From Desulfobacterales bacterium (GTDB taxonomy: Bacteria; Desulfobacterota; Desulfobacteria; Desulfobacterales; UBA2245): a DNA stretch of 64,000 nucleotides. The number at the start of each line of letters is the position of its first letter. Within the stretch, counting starts at the first letter, position 1. Both the position numbers and the translations under genes were made by a program. Below, piece by piece: positions 1-9,962 of this stretch. The notes beneath the pieces were generated by a model that saw nothing but the letters and a program-made list of their open reading frames with translations, was not told where the DNA came from and made no database searches. The stretch is taken from positions 289,916-353,915 of the forward strand of contig JAXGZF010000004.1 in assembly GCA_040771865.1 (NCBI GenBank), written 5' to 3'.

Positions 1-1
1 G

Positions 2-169
2 AGAATGCTTCATGATCTTGACAAAATCGCCTATGTCCGGTTTGCTTCGGTTTACAGGGAGTTCAAAGATGTCAACGACTTTGTATCCGAGGTCAGAAAG
101 CTTCCCTCTCATTCAGGGGCAAGCGGCGACTTGATTCAGAAGAATGAACCCGACGACTCAGGCAGATGA
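2..169 (+). CDS. nrdR: NrdR transcriptional repressor, C-terminal part (5' end outside window)
   Basis: Frame 2 is open from the window edge to TGA at 167-169. The translation ...[25 protein letters not shown]... looks like the conserved NrdR C-terminus. The gene sits directly upstream of ribD, as in many bacteria. Confidence 0.7.
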   Translation, partial: RMLHDLDKIAYVRFASVYREFKDVNDFVSEVRKLPSHSGASGDLIQKNEPDDSGR

Positions 170-1265
170 ATCCTTCATGGCCGTGGCCCTGGAGCTGGCG
201 GCTCGAGGCCGGGGCCGCACCTCTCCGAATCCCATGGTCGGTGCGGTGGTGGTCAGAAACGGAAAGATCGTGGGCCGGGGATTCCATGAGGCCGTTGGAA
301 AGCCCCATGCAGAGGTCAATGCCATAGAGGATGCCGGCGACCAGGCCTTGGGAGCCGACCTGTATGTAACCCTGGAGCCCTGCAATCATACGGGCAGAAC
401 CCCTCCCTGTACCGAAAAAATACTTCAGGCCGGCATTCGGCGGGTGGTGGCGGCCATGAAAGATCCGAACCCACGGGTTGCCGGCGGGGGGATGGACTAT
501 CTGAGCCGATCTGGTGTACAGACGGTTGTAGGGATTATGGAGACCGATGCTCAAAGGCTTAATGAAAGTTTTATCAAGTTTGTTCAGACCGGCAGACCCT
601 TTGTCATTCTGAAGTGCGCCGCCACTTTGGATGGACGCATCGCGACGCGAACCGGCGATTCAAAGTGGATCTCAAATGAACGGTCCCGGGCTTATGTCCA
701 TGAGTTGCGGAATGCTGTTGATGCGGTTCTGGTGGGCATCAATACCATCCGGTGCGATGACCCGCTTCTGACCGCGCGGCCTGAAACCGGAAAGGGAAAG
801 GATCCGGCGCGCATTGTTCTGGATACCGGGCTTTCCATCGATCCGCGGGCCAGTGTCCTTTCGGTTGAATCCGAGGCGCAAACCCTTGTCGTGTGCGGAT
901 GCCCTGCGAATGCTGGCAAGAAAGCCGCCATCGAAAATAAAGGAGCACGCATTTTAGAAGCGCCGGTCAAAGATTTTCATATCGATATTCAGGCTTTGAT
1001 GCCGCTTCTGGGACAGATGGAAATCACTTCCGTTCTCATTGAAGGCGGGGGGCACGTCAGCGCCGCCGCGATGGCGGCCGGCATCGTGGACAAGATCGTA
1101 TTTTTCTATGCGCCCAAAATTATGGGGGGAGACGATGGTGTTCCGATTTTTCGGGGCGTCGGGCCCCGCCTGATGAGTGAATGCATTCGCATCAGAGACA
1201 TTCGAACGCAGAGATTCGGGGATGATGTGATGATAGAGGGTTATGTCGATTCAAACGCTTTTTGA
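144..1265 (+). CDS. ribD: Bifunctional riboflavin biosynthesis protein RibD (pyrimidine deaminase / uracil reductase)
   Basis: 373-aa ORF with the zinc deaminase motifs HAEVNAI and [11 protein letters not shown]. The C-terminal reductase half contains [11 protein letters not shown]. It is the first gene of a rib operon. Confidence 0.93.
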   Translation: MNPTTQADESFMAVALELAARGRGRTSPNPMVGAVVVRNGKIVGRGFHEAVGKPHAEVNAIEDAGDQALGADLYVTLEPCNHTGRTPPCTEKILQAGIRRVVAAMKDPNPRVAGGGMDYLSRSGVQTVVGIMETDAQRLNESFIKFVQTGRPFVILKCAATLDGRIATRTGDSKWISNERSRAYVHELRNAVDAVLVGINTIRCDDPLLTARPETGKGKDPARIVLDTGLSIDPRASVLSVESEAQTLVVCGCPANAGKKAAIENKGARILEAPVKDFHIDIQALMPLLGQMEITSVLIEGGGHVSAAAMAAGIVDKIVFFYAPKIMGGDDGVPIFRGVGPRLMSECIRIRDIRTQRFGDDVMIEGYVDSNAF

Positions 1266-1275
1266 CGGAAAGCCT

Positions 1276-1917
1276 ATGTTTACCGGCATTATTGAGGGAT
1301 TGGGAACCATCGTCGCCATGCGGTCTGCAGCCCAGGGAAAGCGGATCGCGCTGACGTCGGATTTTGATCTTGAGGGCGCCAAAATTGGCGACAGCATCGC
1401 GGTCAACGGGGCGTGTCTGACGGTGGTCGTCCTTCAGGGGAGCCGGTTTGAGGCGGATGTATCTCCGGAAACCCTTCAAAGAACCGCCTTTTCGCGATCC
1501 TTGGTCGGAGACCGGGTGAATCTCGAACGGGCTTTGCGTTTTTCGGACCGGCTGGACGGTCATCTGGTTTCCGGACATATTGACGGAATGGGGTTTCTTC
1601 GCGGCCGCCAGCCCCAGGGCAATTCGATCATTGTGACGATCGAGGCGCCGCGGTCCCTGACCCGCTATATTATCGAGAAAGGATCCGTTGCCGTGGATGG
1701 AATCAGTTTGACCGTCAATCGCGTGGAATCCGATCGTTTCCAGCTCAGCATCATTCCCCATACGGCAAAATTAACGACGATCGGCTTTAAAAAAATCGGC
1801 GACCCTGTTAACATTGAAACCGACCTGATCGGTAAATACGTTGAGCGGTTTGTTTCGACCCGATCCGATGGTTCATCCATTGACAGGGACTTTCTGGCAA
1901 GAAACGGATTTATCTGA
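1276..1917 (+). CDS. ribE: Riboflavin synthase alpha chain
   Basis: Canonical MFTGIIE start at the internal ATG 1276 of ORF 1243..1917. The lumazine-binding repeat is duplicated (GDSIAVNGACLTV / GSVAVDGISLTV). Confidence 0.92.
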   Translation: MFTGIIEGLGTIVAMRSAAQGKRIALTSDFDLEGAKIGDSIAVNGACLTVVVLQGSRFEADVSPETLQRTAFSRSLVGDRVNLERALRFSDRLDGHLVSGHIDGMGFLRGRQPQGNSIIVTIEAPRSLTRYIIEKGSVAVDGISLTVNRVESDRFQLSIIPHTAKLTTIGFKKIGDPVNIETDLIGKYVERFVSTRSDGSSIDRDFLARNGFI

Positions 1918-1957
1918 AATTCTTGCCCAAGATAATTATAGGAGATGAACGAAGAGT

Positions 1958-3211
1958 ATGGCGTTGATTACCATTGAACAGGCGCTTGAGGACATTCGGG
2001 CCGGCCGCATGGTTATTCTTGTGGATGACGAGGATCGTGAAAACGAGGGCGACCTGACGGTTGCCGCGGAAAAAGTAACGCCTGAGATTATCAATTTCAT
2101 GGCCAAATACGGCCGGGGGTTGATCTGCCTTTCAATGACGCGGGAGAAGATTGAATCTCTGGAGCTGCCGATGATGGTTGAAAACAACACCTCGCAGTTT
2201 CAGACGGGATTTACCGTTTCCATCGAGGCCAGAAAGGGCGTTTCGACCGGAATATCCGCCGCAGACAGGGCCACGACCATTCTGACGGCAATTGCGGATG
2301 ACGCCGAACCGCACGATCTGGTTCGCCCCGGTCACGTATTTCCCCTTCGCGCCCAGGATGGAGGCGTCATGGTTCGCACCGGTCAGACCGAAGGCTCCGT
2401 GGATCTGGCCAGGCTGGCGGGGCTGAAACCGGCGGGCGTGATCTGTGAGATCATGAACGAGGACGGCACCATGGCCCGCATGCCGAGCCTTCAGCGGTTC
2501 AGCGAAGAACACGGCATCGGAATCTGTACGATTGCGGATCTGATCGAATACCGCATGCACAGGGAAAGCTTTGTGCACAGGGCGGCCGAGACGGTTATTC
2601 CCACAAGCTTTGCCGGTGAATTCAAGGCGGTGGTGTATGAGAACGATGTGGACGATCTGCTCCACCTGGCCATGGTCAAGGGAAAGATTGATTCCGACAA
2701 GCCCGTCCTGGTTCGAGTTCACTCGGAATGCCTGACCGGCGATATTTTTGGTTCCCTGCGCTGCGATTGCGGAGATCAGCTTCACAAGGCCATGGAGATG
2801 ATGGATCAGGAAGGGTCCGGAATCCTGCTGTACATCCGTCAGGAAGGGCGGGGCATCGGACTGGTCAACAAACTCAGAGCCTATGCGCTGCAGGATCAGG
2901 GACGCGACACGGTCGAAGCCAACATAGAACTGGGATTCAAGCCGGATCTTCGAAATTACGGCCTGGGCGCTCAGATTCTCGTGGATCTTGGGGTCCGGAA
3001 AATGAGACTGCTGACCAACAATCCCAAGAAGATCATCGGTCTTCAGGGATATGGGCTGAGCATTGTGGAACAGGTTCCCATCGAGATTGCGCCCAATGAG
3101 TTCAATCGTTATTATTTGGAATGCAAGAAGAAGAAAATGGGGCACCTGCTGGAAATGAACGAAAATCAATCATGCTGTTCGCCGAATGCCAAAAAGCCGC
3201 CGGAGGAATAA
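1958..3211 (+). CDS. ribBA: Bifunctional 3,4-dihydroxy-2-butanone-4-phosphate synthase / GTP cyclohydrolase II
   Basis: 417-aa ORF. The DHBP synthase half has [11 protein letters not shown] and [11 protein letters not shown]. The GCH-II half has [18 protein letters not shown]. Confidence 0.95.
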   Translation: MALITIEQALEDIRAGRMVILVDDEDRENEGDLTVAAEKVTPEIINFMAKYGRGLICLSMTREKIESLELPMMVENNTSQFQTGFTVSIEARKGVSTGISAADRATTILTAIADDAEPHDLVRPGHVFPLRAQDGGVMVRTGQTEGSVDLARLAGLKPAGVICEIMNEDGTMARMPSLQRFSEEHGIGICTIADLIEYRMHRESFVHRAAETVIPTSFAGEFKAVVYENDVDDLLHLAMVKGKIDSDKPVLVRVHSECLTGDIFGSLRCDCGDQLHKAMEMMDQEGSGILLYIRQEGRGIGLVNKLRAYALQDQGRDTVEANIELGFKPDLRNYGLGAQILVDLGVRKMRLLTNNPKKIIGLQGYGLSIVEQVPIEIAPNEFNRYYLECKKKKMGHLLEMNENQSCCSPNAKKPPEE

Positions 3212-3214
3212 ATC

Positions 3215-3688
3215 ATGCCGAAAATTGTTGAAGGAAAACTGCTGGCACAGAATAAGAAGTTTGGAATCGTGGTGAGTCGTTTCAATGATTTTATCACCGA
3301 GAAGCTGGTCGGCGGCGCCATAGACGCCCTGATGCGATGCGGGGCTGCCGATGCGGATATTGAGGTCGTCAAGGTTCCCGGCGCGTTTGAGATTCCTATG
3401 ATCGCAAGGAAGATGGCGGGCAAGAAGCAATATGATGCCATCATCTGTCTGGGCGCGGTGATCCGGGGGTCCACGCCGCATTTTGACTATGTGAGCGCCG
3501 AGGTTTCCAAGGGAGTCGCCCAGGTGGGCATGGAAGCCGGGGTACCGGTGATTTTTGGCATTCTGACCACGGACAATATTGAACAGGCGATTGAACGGGC
3601 AGGCTCCAAGGCGGGCAACAAGGGCTGGAGTGCAGCTGTTTCAGCCGTTGAGATGGCGAACCTGGTTTCGGAGCTGGATAAAAAATAA
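3215..3688 (+). CDS. ribH: 6,7-dimethyl-8-ribityllumazine synthase
   Basis: 157-aa ORF containing FGIVVSRFN and GAFEIP...[14 protein letters not shown], the typical RibH signatures. Confidence 0.95.
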   Translation: MPKIVEGKLLAQNKKFGIVVSRFNDFITEKLVGGAIDALMRCGAADADIEVVKVPGAFEIPMIARKMAGKKQYDAIICLGAVIRGSTPHFDYVSAEVSKGVAQVGMEAGVPVIFGILTTDNIEQAIERAGSKAGNKGWSAAVSAVEMANLVSELDKK

Positions 3689-3689
3689 C

Positions 3690-4166
3690 ATGGGCGTGCG
3701 TCGCAAATCCCGAGAGCTTGCCATGCAAGCTCTTTTTTATATGGACATGCAAAAAGACATTTCTTCAGAGATGCTGGCCGTTTTTTGCCGGAATTTCACT
3801 CCGGCAAAAAAGGTTTTTCCGTTTTTCAAAGAGTTAACCGAAGGGGTGATTGCCCATCGCCGGCAAATCGACCAGCTCATCGAACAGTTTTCCAGCAACT
3901 GGAAAATCAGCCGCATGTCCTGTGTGGATCGCAACATCATGCGCATGGCTGTTTACGAGCTTCTGTTCTGCACCGAAATTCCGCCGAAAGTATCGATCAA
4001 CGAGGCCATTGACGTCGGAAAACGTTTCGGCACGGAAGAATCCGGGGCCTTTATCAATGGCATTCTCGATACGATTCGAATAGCCATTGAAGAAGGCAAG
4101 ATTGTTCGAATGGCGGATCCCCACTCTGGCCACAATCCTGAAGGCGGGGTTCGCGAATATTCCTGA
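3690..4166 (+). CDS. nusB: Transcription antitermination factor NusB
   Basis: The internal ATG at 3690 gives MGVRRKSRELAMQALFYMD..., a typical NusB N-terminus. The gene follows ribH, as in many genomes. The longer ORF start at 3579 would overlap ribH. Confidence 0.9.
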   Translation: MGVRRKSRELAMQALFYMDMQKDISSEMLAVFCRNFTPAKKVFPFFKELTEGVIAHRRQIDQLIEQFSSNWKISRMSCVDRNIMRMAVYELLFCTEIPPKVSINEAIDVGKRFGTEESGAFINGILDTIRIAIEEGKIVRMADPHSGHNPEGGVREYS

Positions 4167-4186
4167 AGAAATCGCATTTAGAGGAG

Positions 4187-4822
4187 GTGTTTGCATTGAT
4201 CATCAAGGAAATGGCTGTCGGGCCGATCATGGCCAACTGTTTTATTCTCGGGTGCGAGACCAGCAAAGAGGCCGTTGTAATTGATCCGGGAGATGATGTT
4301 GACCGGATCCTGATTTCCCTCGCCGAGTCAAAGCTCACGGTCAAATATATCATCAATACGCACGGACATTTTGATCATACCGGCGGAAACCGGAAACTCA
4401 AGGCTGCCACGGGTGCGCAGCTTCTGATTCATGAGATGGATGTTCCCATGCTCAGCCAGATTGCTGCCAGTGCGGCGGCATGGGGCCTTTATGCGGAAGA
4501 TTCCCCGCCCCCGGACCGCACCCTGAAAGATGGGGATTCCATCACCTGTGGAACCATTCGCCTTCAGGTGCTTCATACGCCCGGACACAGCCCCGGCGGT
4601 ATTTCGCTTTATACCGACGACATGGTGTTTGTTGGAGACACCCTTTTTGCAGGGTCCATCGGCCGAACCGATTTGCCGGGCGGAAATTACGATACGCTGA
4701 TCGGCATGATACAAAAGAAGCTGTTCCCCCTGGGAGATAAGGTTGCGGTCTATGCCGGCCATGGACCGGCCACAACCATCGGCAGGGAGAGGCGGTATAA
4801 CCCTTTTGTGGGAGAACGTTGA
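4187..4822 (+). CDS. MBL-fold metallo-hydrolase (glyoxalase II-like)
   Basis: Contains the HxHxDH motif (NTHGHFDHTGG), HTPGHSPG, and the GDTLFAGSIGRTD pattern of the beta-lactamase fold family. The start is either GTG 4187 or TTG 4196; GAGGAGG at 4181-4187 favours 4196. Confidence 0.8.
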   Translation: MFALIIKEMAVGPIMANCFILGCETSKEAVVIDPGDDVDRILISLAESKLTVKYIINTHGHFDHTGGNRKLKAATGAQLLIHEMDVPMLSQIAASAAAWGLYAEDSPPPDRTLKDGDSITCGTIRLQVLHTPGHSPGGISLYTDDMVFVGDTLFAGSIGRTDLPGGNYDTLIGMIQKKLFPLGDKVAVYAGHGPATTIGRERRYNPFVGER

Positions 4823-4844
4823 AAGTTTCAACGTGCGGTGCAAA

Positions 4845-6218
4845 TCAGACGTCCGGAGAAGAATCGGGGATCTGAGTGACGTACTGGATGTCCTTGTGTT
4901 TGAGGACATCGTAATAAACCATGATCTGTTCGATATATTTGACCGCCTCGCTTCCCCGGCAGTATCCGTGACGAGCGTCCTTGTAGTAGGTTCTTTGCTC
5001 CAGCAGAGGAAGGACTTCGACCATGGAAGCCCACTTGTCTGGGGGCAACTTCAATTTCCGGGCGAGATTCCGTGCATCAAAAATGTGTCCCAGGCCGACG
5101 TTGTAGGCGGCAAGGGCCATGAACAGGCGGTCCTGTTCCGGAATTCCTGAGAAATAGTCGTAAAGCTTTTTGAGATACCGTGCTCCTGCGGAAATATTCT
5201 GCCAGGGATTCAGCACGTCCTTCACGTTAAACCTTTCGGCCGTGGAGGAAGTCAACTGCATCAGCCCGAAGGCTCCGGCCGGACTCTGGGCGTCGGGATC
5301 GAACTGGGATTCCTGGTACATCTGAGCCGTGATCAGCCGCCAGTCCAGGTTGTGTTTTTCGGCAGCCCGCTGAACGATTTTTTTGAACGGGGGGAACCGG
5401 GTTTTCAGCCGGAAGTGAAACATGCTTAAGTCCATGTAATCGATCGATTCCAGGTTTGCATAATATCGCTCGTAAATTTCGTCGAACACTCCGTTTTCCT
5501 GAATCGTCTCAAAAAAGGAATTGATCTGGTTCAAGAGCTTCCGGGAATTTTTTTTGACCGCCCAGCCAAGGAAGAATGTTGAACTGATGGGTTCTGAGAT
5601 CACCACCTGATGGTAGTGCCGGCGGGTACGAAGGGCGATGTTGGTGGCGGCGATGGTTGCTTCCAGTTTGCCTGCGGCGACCAGCCGAATGAACTCTTCG
5701 GGCGGAGTATTGGCATGCAGTTTGATTTTCAGATCGTATCCCTGACGCTTGAGTTCCCTCAAATGGTCGTGATATACGGAGCCGATGGATACATGGATCT
5801 TATTCCCGCCGAAATCGTCCAAACTGCCGGCCGATGAATTCTTTCGATGGGCGACAAGATGCTGTTGAATCGCCAGATAGCCGTTTGAAAACAAAATTTC
5901 CTTCGAGTTCCGATTGGTTATGGGGATATTGGCCGCAATAAATGCGGCTTTGTCTTTCTGCAAAGCGATCAGCATGGATTTCCATGTTTCGGCCGTGCGC
6001 ACTTTGAGCCGGACACCGAGGTATTCAGCAAAAGCCTCTGCCAGATCATATTCAAAGCCCATGGGCTGACCGCGGTAAGAATAATAACAATCCGCATCAT
6101 TGCGGGTGATCATGGTGATTTCACCGGCTTGAAGAATTTCATCCAGCAGGCAGCGCGGGTTTGCCCGTTCACAACTGGAGAAAAACACGGACGGCAATAT
6201 CACCAGGCACAAGAGCAT
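4845..6218 (-). CDS. Membrane-bound lytic murein transglycosylase F-like lipoprotein (solute-binding domain + SLT domain)
   Basis: The N-terminus MLLCLVILPSVFFSSC looks like a lipobox, using the internal start at 6218. A family-3 solute-binding-like domain follows. The C-terminal SLT catalytic motif is AQMYQESQFDPDAQSPAGAFGLMQL. Confidence 0.8.
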   Translation of the reverse strand: MLLCLVILPSVFFSSCERANPRCLLDEILQAGEITMITRNDADCYYSYRGQPMGFEYDLAEAFAEYLGVRLKVRTAETWKSMLIALQKDKAAFIAANIPITNRNSKEILFSNGYLAIQQHLVAHRKNSSAGSLDDFGGNKIHVSIGSVYHDHLRELKRQGYDLKIKLHANTPPEEFIRLVAAGKLEATIAATNIALRTRRHYHQVVISEPISSTFFLGWAVKKNSRKLLNQINSFFETIQENGVFDEIYERYYANLESIDYMDLSMFHFRLKTRFPPFKKIVQRAAEKHNLDWRLITAQMYQESQFDPDAQSPAGAFGLMQLTSSTAERFNVKDVLNPWQNISAGARYLKKLYDYFSGIPEQDRLFMALAAYNVGLGHIFDARNLARKLKLPPDKWASMVEVLPLLEQRTYYKDARHGYCRGSEAVKYIEQIMVYYDVLKHKDIQYVTQIPDSSPDV

Positions 6219-6280
6219 CTTGACCCAGCCTGGCAATGATTTGAAGTCCGGATAACCTTTTGGCGTCAACCGCAACAAAA

Positions 6281-6706
6281 TTAAAAGGCTCCCAACTGAC
6301 AAGGCCCGATTCTGATGCCGATCGATTCGCATACTCCGCTGACGGTCATCTTGGCCACCTTGAATTTTCGAGCGATATTCCATGCGGCACGACAGGGCAG
6401 GCGCTGTTCAACCAGAGCGGCCCGGATCGCATCTTCGAGGCCGTCAACCGGTGAATCCACCGGTTGAACGATCTTCTTACGGGCTCCGAATCCAAAAATT
6501 CCAAGCTGGCACCGCGCCAGCCGAACATTCATCAGATCCGCGGTCTTTCCCACCTCACCTGCGGACACATCAAGCGCCCTGGCGATTTTAAATGCCGAGG
6601 CGCACCACAGCTCATCATTTTGAAGGCGATTTTCGATCTGGTGACGGATCAGGGGGGACGGCACAACTCCCGGTCCGTGTTTTTCTGAAAAGACTTTTGA
6701 ACTCAT
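6281..6706 (-). CDS. Hypothetical protein built of two tandem ~55-aa repeats, each ending C-Q-L-G-x-F
   Basis: 141-aa ORF. Repeat 1 is LWCASAFKIARALDVSAGEVGKTADLMNVRLARCQLGIFG. Repeat 2 is LPCRAAWNIARKFKVAKMTVSGVCESIGIRIGPCQLGAF. I did not recognise a family. Confidence 0.5.
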   Translation of the reverse strand: MSSKVFSEKHGPGVVPSPLIRHQIENRLQNDELWCASAFKIARALDVSAGEVGKTADLMNVRLARCQLGIFGFGARKKIVQPVDSPVDGLEDAIRAALVEQRLPCRAAWNIARKFKVAKMTVSGVCESIGIRIGPCQLGAF

Positions 6707-7226
6707 TTTCCGAATCCTTTGAATAGGTGAATATTCTCTTCTTGAAAAACAGAGATACAGGCCTCCAATGAGGCTTCATGTGAATATGAAAAATTCCGCC
6801 TGACTTTAAATGCATACGCATCAATCATTTTATTCAACCCTGAATTCAGGCGGCATGAAAACCTTTAGCAAGCTGCCGTTTCAATCCGTTTCACTCCGGC
6901 TGTGTGCCGCCGCTATTTTTCTTGAACAAAGCCAACGGGTCTGATAGAGAAATAGCCGGTTGAACATTGACCTTGGCCGGTGAATCCTTTGCTGGCGAAG
7001 ATCTGCGGTCTGATGCCATGTTCATGTGCTCCTTGCCGGGCGCGTTGCCCAATGCGCCCTCCTGCTGCACATTCAATCAGTCGGGTTGTCAAATCACAGA
7101 GGTGTTTTGCCGATGCTTCGCGCCTTAACTGTTAACAGCCTTATAAATATGGGCTTTGGGTGGAATTTTGTCAACCCATTTCCGGCAAAAGACGGCGGCG
7201 TTCCGGTGTGAAGGAAAGCAGGATCA

Positions 7227-8312
7227 ATGGATTCAGGCATAATTCGAAGAGTTACCCGCGAGATCCGCGTTGGTCAGGTTGCTATCGGCGGAAATGCTCC
7301 TGTCAGCGTTCAGTCCATGACCAATACCTTCACCGAGGATGCTCAGGCGACGATTGATCAGATCCACCGTCTGGAAAACGCCGGATGCGAGATCGTTCGC
7401 CTTGCGATTCCCAATGAGGCGGCTGCTGAGGCCCTGTCTGTCGTCAAGTCCGGCGTTTCGATTCCCATCATCGCGGACATTCATTTTGATTACCGTCTCG
7501 CGATCGCTGCCGCCCGTTTTGGCGCTGACGCTTTGAGAATTAATCCCGGCAACATCGGCGGCCGGAGGCAAATTCAGGCCGTGGTCAACTGCGCCAGGGA
7601 TCATGGAATTCCGATTCGCATCGGGGTGAATTCGGGATCTCTGGAAAAAGATCTGATTGAAAAACATCGGGGGGCGACCGTGGATGCGATGGTGGAAAGC
7701 GCGATGCGTCATATCTCGGTGCTCGAATCGATGAATTTTGAAGCCATCAAGGTTTCCATCAAAACCTCGAATGTGGGGCGGACCGTTGCAGCCTACCGGC
7801 GTCTTTCCCAGCTTACGAATTATCCGCTGCATCTGGGTGTTACCGAAGCCGGAACCCTGTATTCCGGGATCGTGAAATCCGCTCTCGGCATCGGAATGCT
7901 GCTGTCCGAAGGCATCGGTGATACGCTTCGCGTGTCTCTGACCCGTGATCCGGTCGAAGAGGTGCGCGTGGGTTACGAGATTCTGAAGGCCCTGAATATT
8001 CGACGCCGCGGGCCGGAGATCATATCCTGCCCGACCTGCGGCCGTTGCCGGATCGATCTGTTCGGCATCGTCGAACAGGTGGAAAAAGCCCTGGAAAATT
8101 TCAAAGCGCCGATCAAGATCGCCATCATGGGGTGTGTGGTCAACGGACCCGGCGAGGCCAGGGAGGCCGATATCGGAATCGCCGGCGGGGACGGGATCGG
8201 CGTTTTGTTTAAAAAAGGCAGGGTGGTTGAAAAGTTTCCCCAGGAAAAACTGGTCCATGTACTGATGGAACATCTTGCGGACTACGAGGATTATGATAAC
8301 AATATTAATTGA
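7227..8312 (+). CDS. ispG: 4-hydroxy-3-methylbut-2-en-1-yl diphosphate synthase (flavodoxin)
   Basis: 361-aa ORF with the typical IspG/GcpE N-terminus (RRVTREIRVGQVAIGGNAPVSVQSMTNT) and the Fe-S Cys motif SCPTCGRC...GCVVNGPGE. Confidence 0.95.
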   Translation: MDSGIIRRVTREIRVGQVAIGGNAPVSVQSMTNTFTEDAQATIDQIHRLENAGCEIVRLAIPNEAAAEALSVVKSGVSIPIIADIHFDYRLAIAAARFGADALRINPGNIGGRRQIQAVVNCARDHGIPIRIGVNSGSLEKDLIEKHRGATVDAMVESAMRHISVLESMNFEAIKVSIKTSNVGRTVAAYRRLSQLTNYPLHLGVTEAGTLYSGIVKSALGIGMLLSEGIGDTLRVSLTRDPVEEVRVGYEILKALNIRRRGPEIISCPTCGRCRIDLFGIVEQVEKALENFKAPIKIAIMGCVVNGPGEAREADIGIAGGDGIGVLFKKGRVVEKFPQEKLVHVLMEHLADYEDYDNNIN

Positions 8313-8375
8313 ATCATCGGTTTTGAAAGACGGCATATATGCCGTCGGGCAAAGCTTTCATACGAGAGGGATCTT

Positions 8376-9896
8376 ATGACAAAACAGGCGAAAACGGCAA
8401 TATCTCCGACGCGGCAGGAGGATTATCCGGAATGGTACCAGCAGGTGGTCAAAGCTTCGGATATGGCCGAACGCTCTCCGGTTCGCGGGTGTATGGTGAT
8501 CAAGCCCTGGGGGTATGCCATCTGGGAAAGGATTGTTCGGGAACTCGACGACATGTTCAAGGCCACAGGGGTGAAGAATGCCTATTTCCCCCTCTTTATT
8601 CCCCTGAGTTTTCTTGAAAAGGAAGCCGAGCACGTCGAAGGATTTGCCAAGGAGTGCGCCGTTGTGACGCACCACCGTCTGGAAAAGTGCTCCGAAGGCG
8701 GTCTGGCGCCCGCCGGACCGCTTCAGGAACCTCTCGTGGTAAGGCCCACCAGCGAGACCATCATTGGAGATGCTTTTGCCCGATGGGTGACCAGTTACCG
8801 GGATCTTCCCGTTTTGATCAATCAGTGGGCCAACGTGGTCCGCTGGGAAATGCGCACCCGGATATTTCTGCGCACCAGTGAATTTCTCTGGCAGGAGGGA
8901 CATACGGCTCACGCCAGCCAGGCAGAGGCTGTCGAGCGTACCCGAATGATGCTCGATGTTTATGCCCGGCTGGCCGAGGAGATTCTGGCCATACCGGTGA
9001 TTCAGGGGAGAAAAACTCCGGCGGAACGCTTTCCCGGCGCGGTGGATACCCTGTGCATCGAAGCCATGATGCAGGATCGCAAGGCCCTTCAGGCCGGAAC
9101 CTCGCATTTTCTGGGCCAGAATTTTTCAAAAGCATCGGGCATTAAATTTCAAAACCCCGAGGAAAAAGAGGAATATGCCTGGACCACTTCATGGGGGGTT
9201 TCTACCCGGCTGATCGGAGGGCTGATCATGACCCATGCCGATGATGACGGTCTGGTTTTGCCTCCCAGAGTCGCCGCCGCCCATGTGGCGCTGATGCCCA
9301 TATTCCGCAGCGAGCAGGAAAAATCATCGGTTATGGAATACACGCAAAACCTGGCTCGCCAGCTTCAGGACGTTTCGTATCATAACCGCCCTCTGGTTGT
9401 GGAAATCGATGACCGTGAAATCGGCGGGGTCCGGGGCTGGGACTGGATCAGAAAGGGGATTCCAATCCGGGTGGAGATCGGTCCCCGGGACATGGCTGCC
9501 GAATCGGTGTTCATGGCCCGGCGGGATAGGCCCCACAAGGACAGAGTTTCGATCACCCGCAACGAATTTGTCGCCCGTATTCCCGAAATATTGGATGAGA
9601 TGCAGAAAAATCTTTTTGAACGGGCTCTGGCCTTTCAAAAGGAAAATACGGTCAAAATCGATGGAAAGGATGCGTTTTACGCATATTTTACACCCAAGAA
9701 CTCCGAGCAGCCGGAAATTCATGGAGGGTTTGCCCTCGCCCACTGGTGCTCCTCAAACGCATGCGAATCTAGAATCAAAGAAGATCTGAGCGTCACGATC
9801 CGAAGCATTCCTTTTGCCGCTGAATCCGAGACAGGACGCTGCGTTTGCTGCGGAAAACCGAGCAATGGGCGGGTGATTTTTGCCAAGTCCTATTGA
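8376..9896 (+). CDS. proS: Proline--tRNA ligase (short archaeal/eukaryote-like type)
   Basis: 506-aa ORF. The N-terminus ...DYPEWYQQVVKASDMAERSPVRGCMVIKPWGYAIWE and class II motifs (FRxE-like WEMRTRIFLRTSEFLWQEGH) are present. The C-terminal Zn-like CCG is typical of this ProRS type. Confidence 0.92.
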   Translation: MTKQAKTAISPTRQEDYPEWYQQVVKASDMAERSPVRGCMVIKPWGYAIWERIVRELDDMFKATGVKNAYFPLFIPLSFLEKEAEHVEGFAKECAVVTHHRLEKCSEGGLAPAGPLQEPLVVRPTSETIIGDAFARWVTSYRDLPVLINQWANVVRWEMRTRIFLRTSEFLWQEGHTAHASQAEAVERTRMMLDVYARLAEEILAIPVIQGRKTPAERFPGAVDTLCIEAMMQDRKALQAGTSHFLGQNFSKASGIKFQNPEEKEEYAWTTSWGVSTRLIGGLIMTHADDDGLVLPPRVAAAHVALMPIFRSEQEKSSVMEYTQNLARQLQDVSYHNRPLVVEIDDREIGGVRGWDWIRKGIPIRVEIGPRDMAAESVFMARRDRPHKDRVSITRNEFVARIPEILDEMQKNLFERALAFQKENTVKIDGKDAFYAYFTPKNSEQPEIHGGFALAHWCSSNACESRIKEDLSVTIRSIPFAAESETGRCVCCGKPSNGRVIFAKSY

Positions 9897-9962
9897 CGGT
9901 TATTCGTGCTGCATTCACCACTCTGAAATCAGGGCTGTTTTTATTTCAAATTCGAGCATTAT

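Noticed and set aside
2132-3169. 345-aa ORF on the minus strand.
   Set aside because: It lies entirely antisense to ribBA, whose translation has unmistakable family motifs. The antisense product is low-complexity with no recognisable motif, a typical shadow ORF in GC-rich coding DNA.
6891-7076. 61-aa minus-strand ORF. An internal start after AAGGAG would give a 42-aa product (MASDRRSSPAKDS...).
   Set aside because: It is short and low-complexity with no recognisable family. It cannot be supported beyond an RBS-like sequence.
7233-8336. 367-aa minus-strand ORF.
   Set aside because: It is antisense to ispG across its whole length. It has no motifs and is a shadow ORF.
8329-8346. Perfect 18-nt palindrome GACGGCATATATGCCGTC between ispG and proS.
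   Set aside because: It is a real hairpin-forming sequence, but no U-tract follows it and it lies in an ordinary housekeeping context. It is most simply an mRNA-stabilising or weak termination structure.
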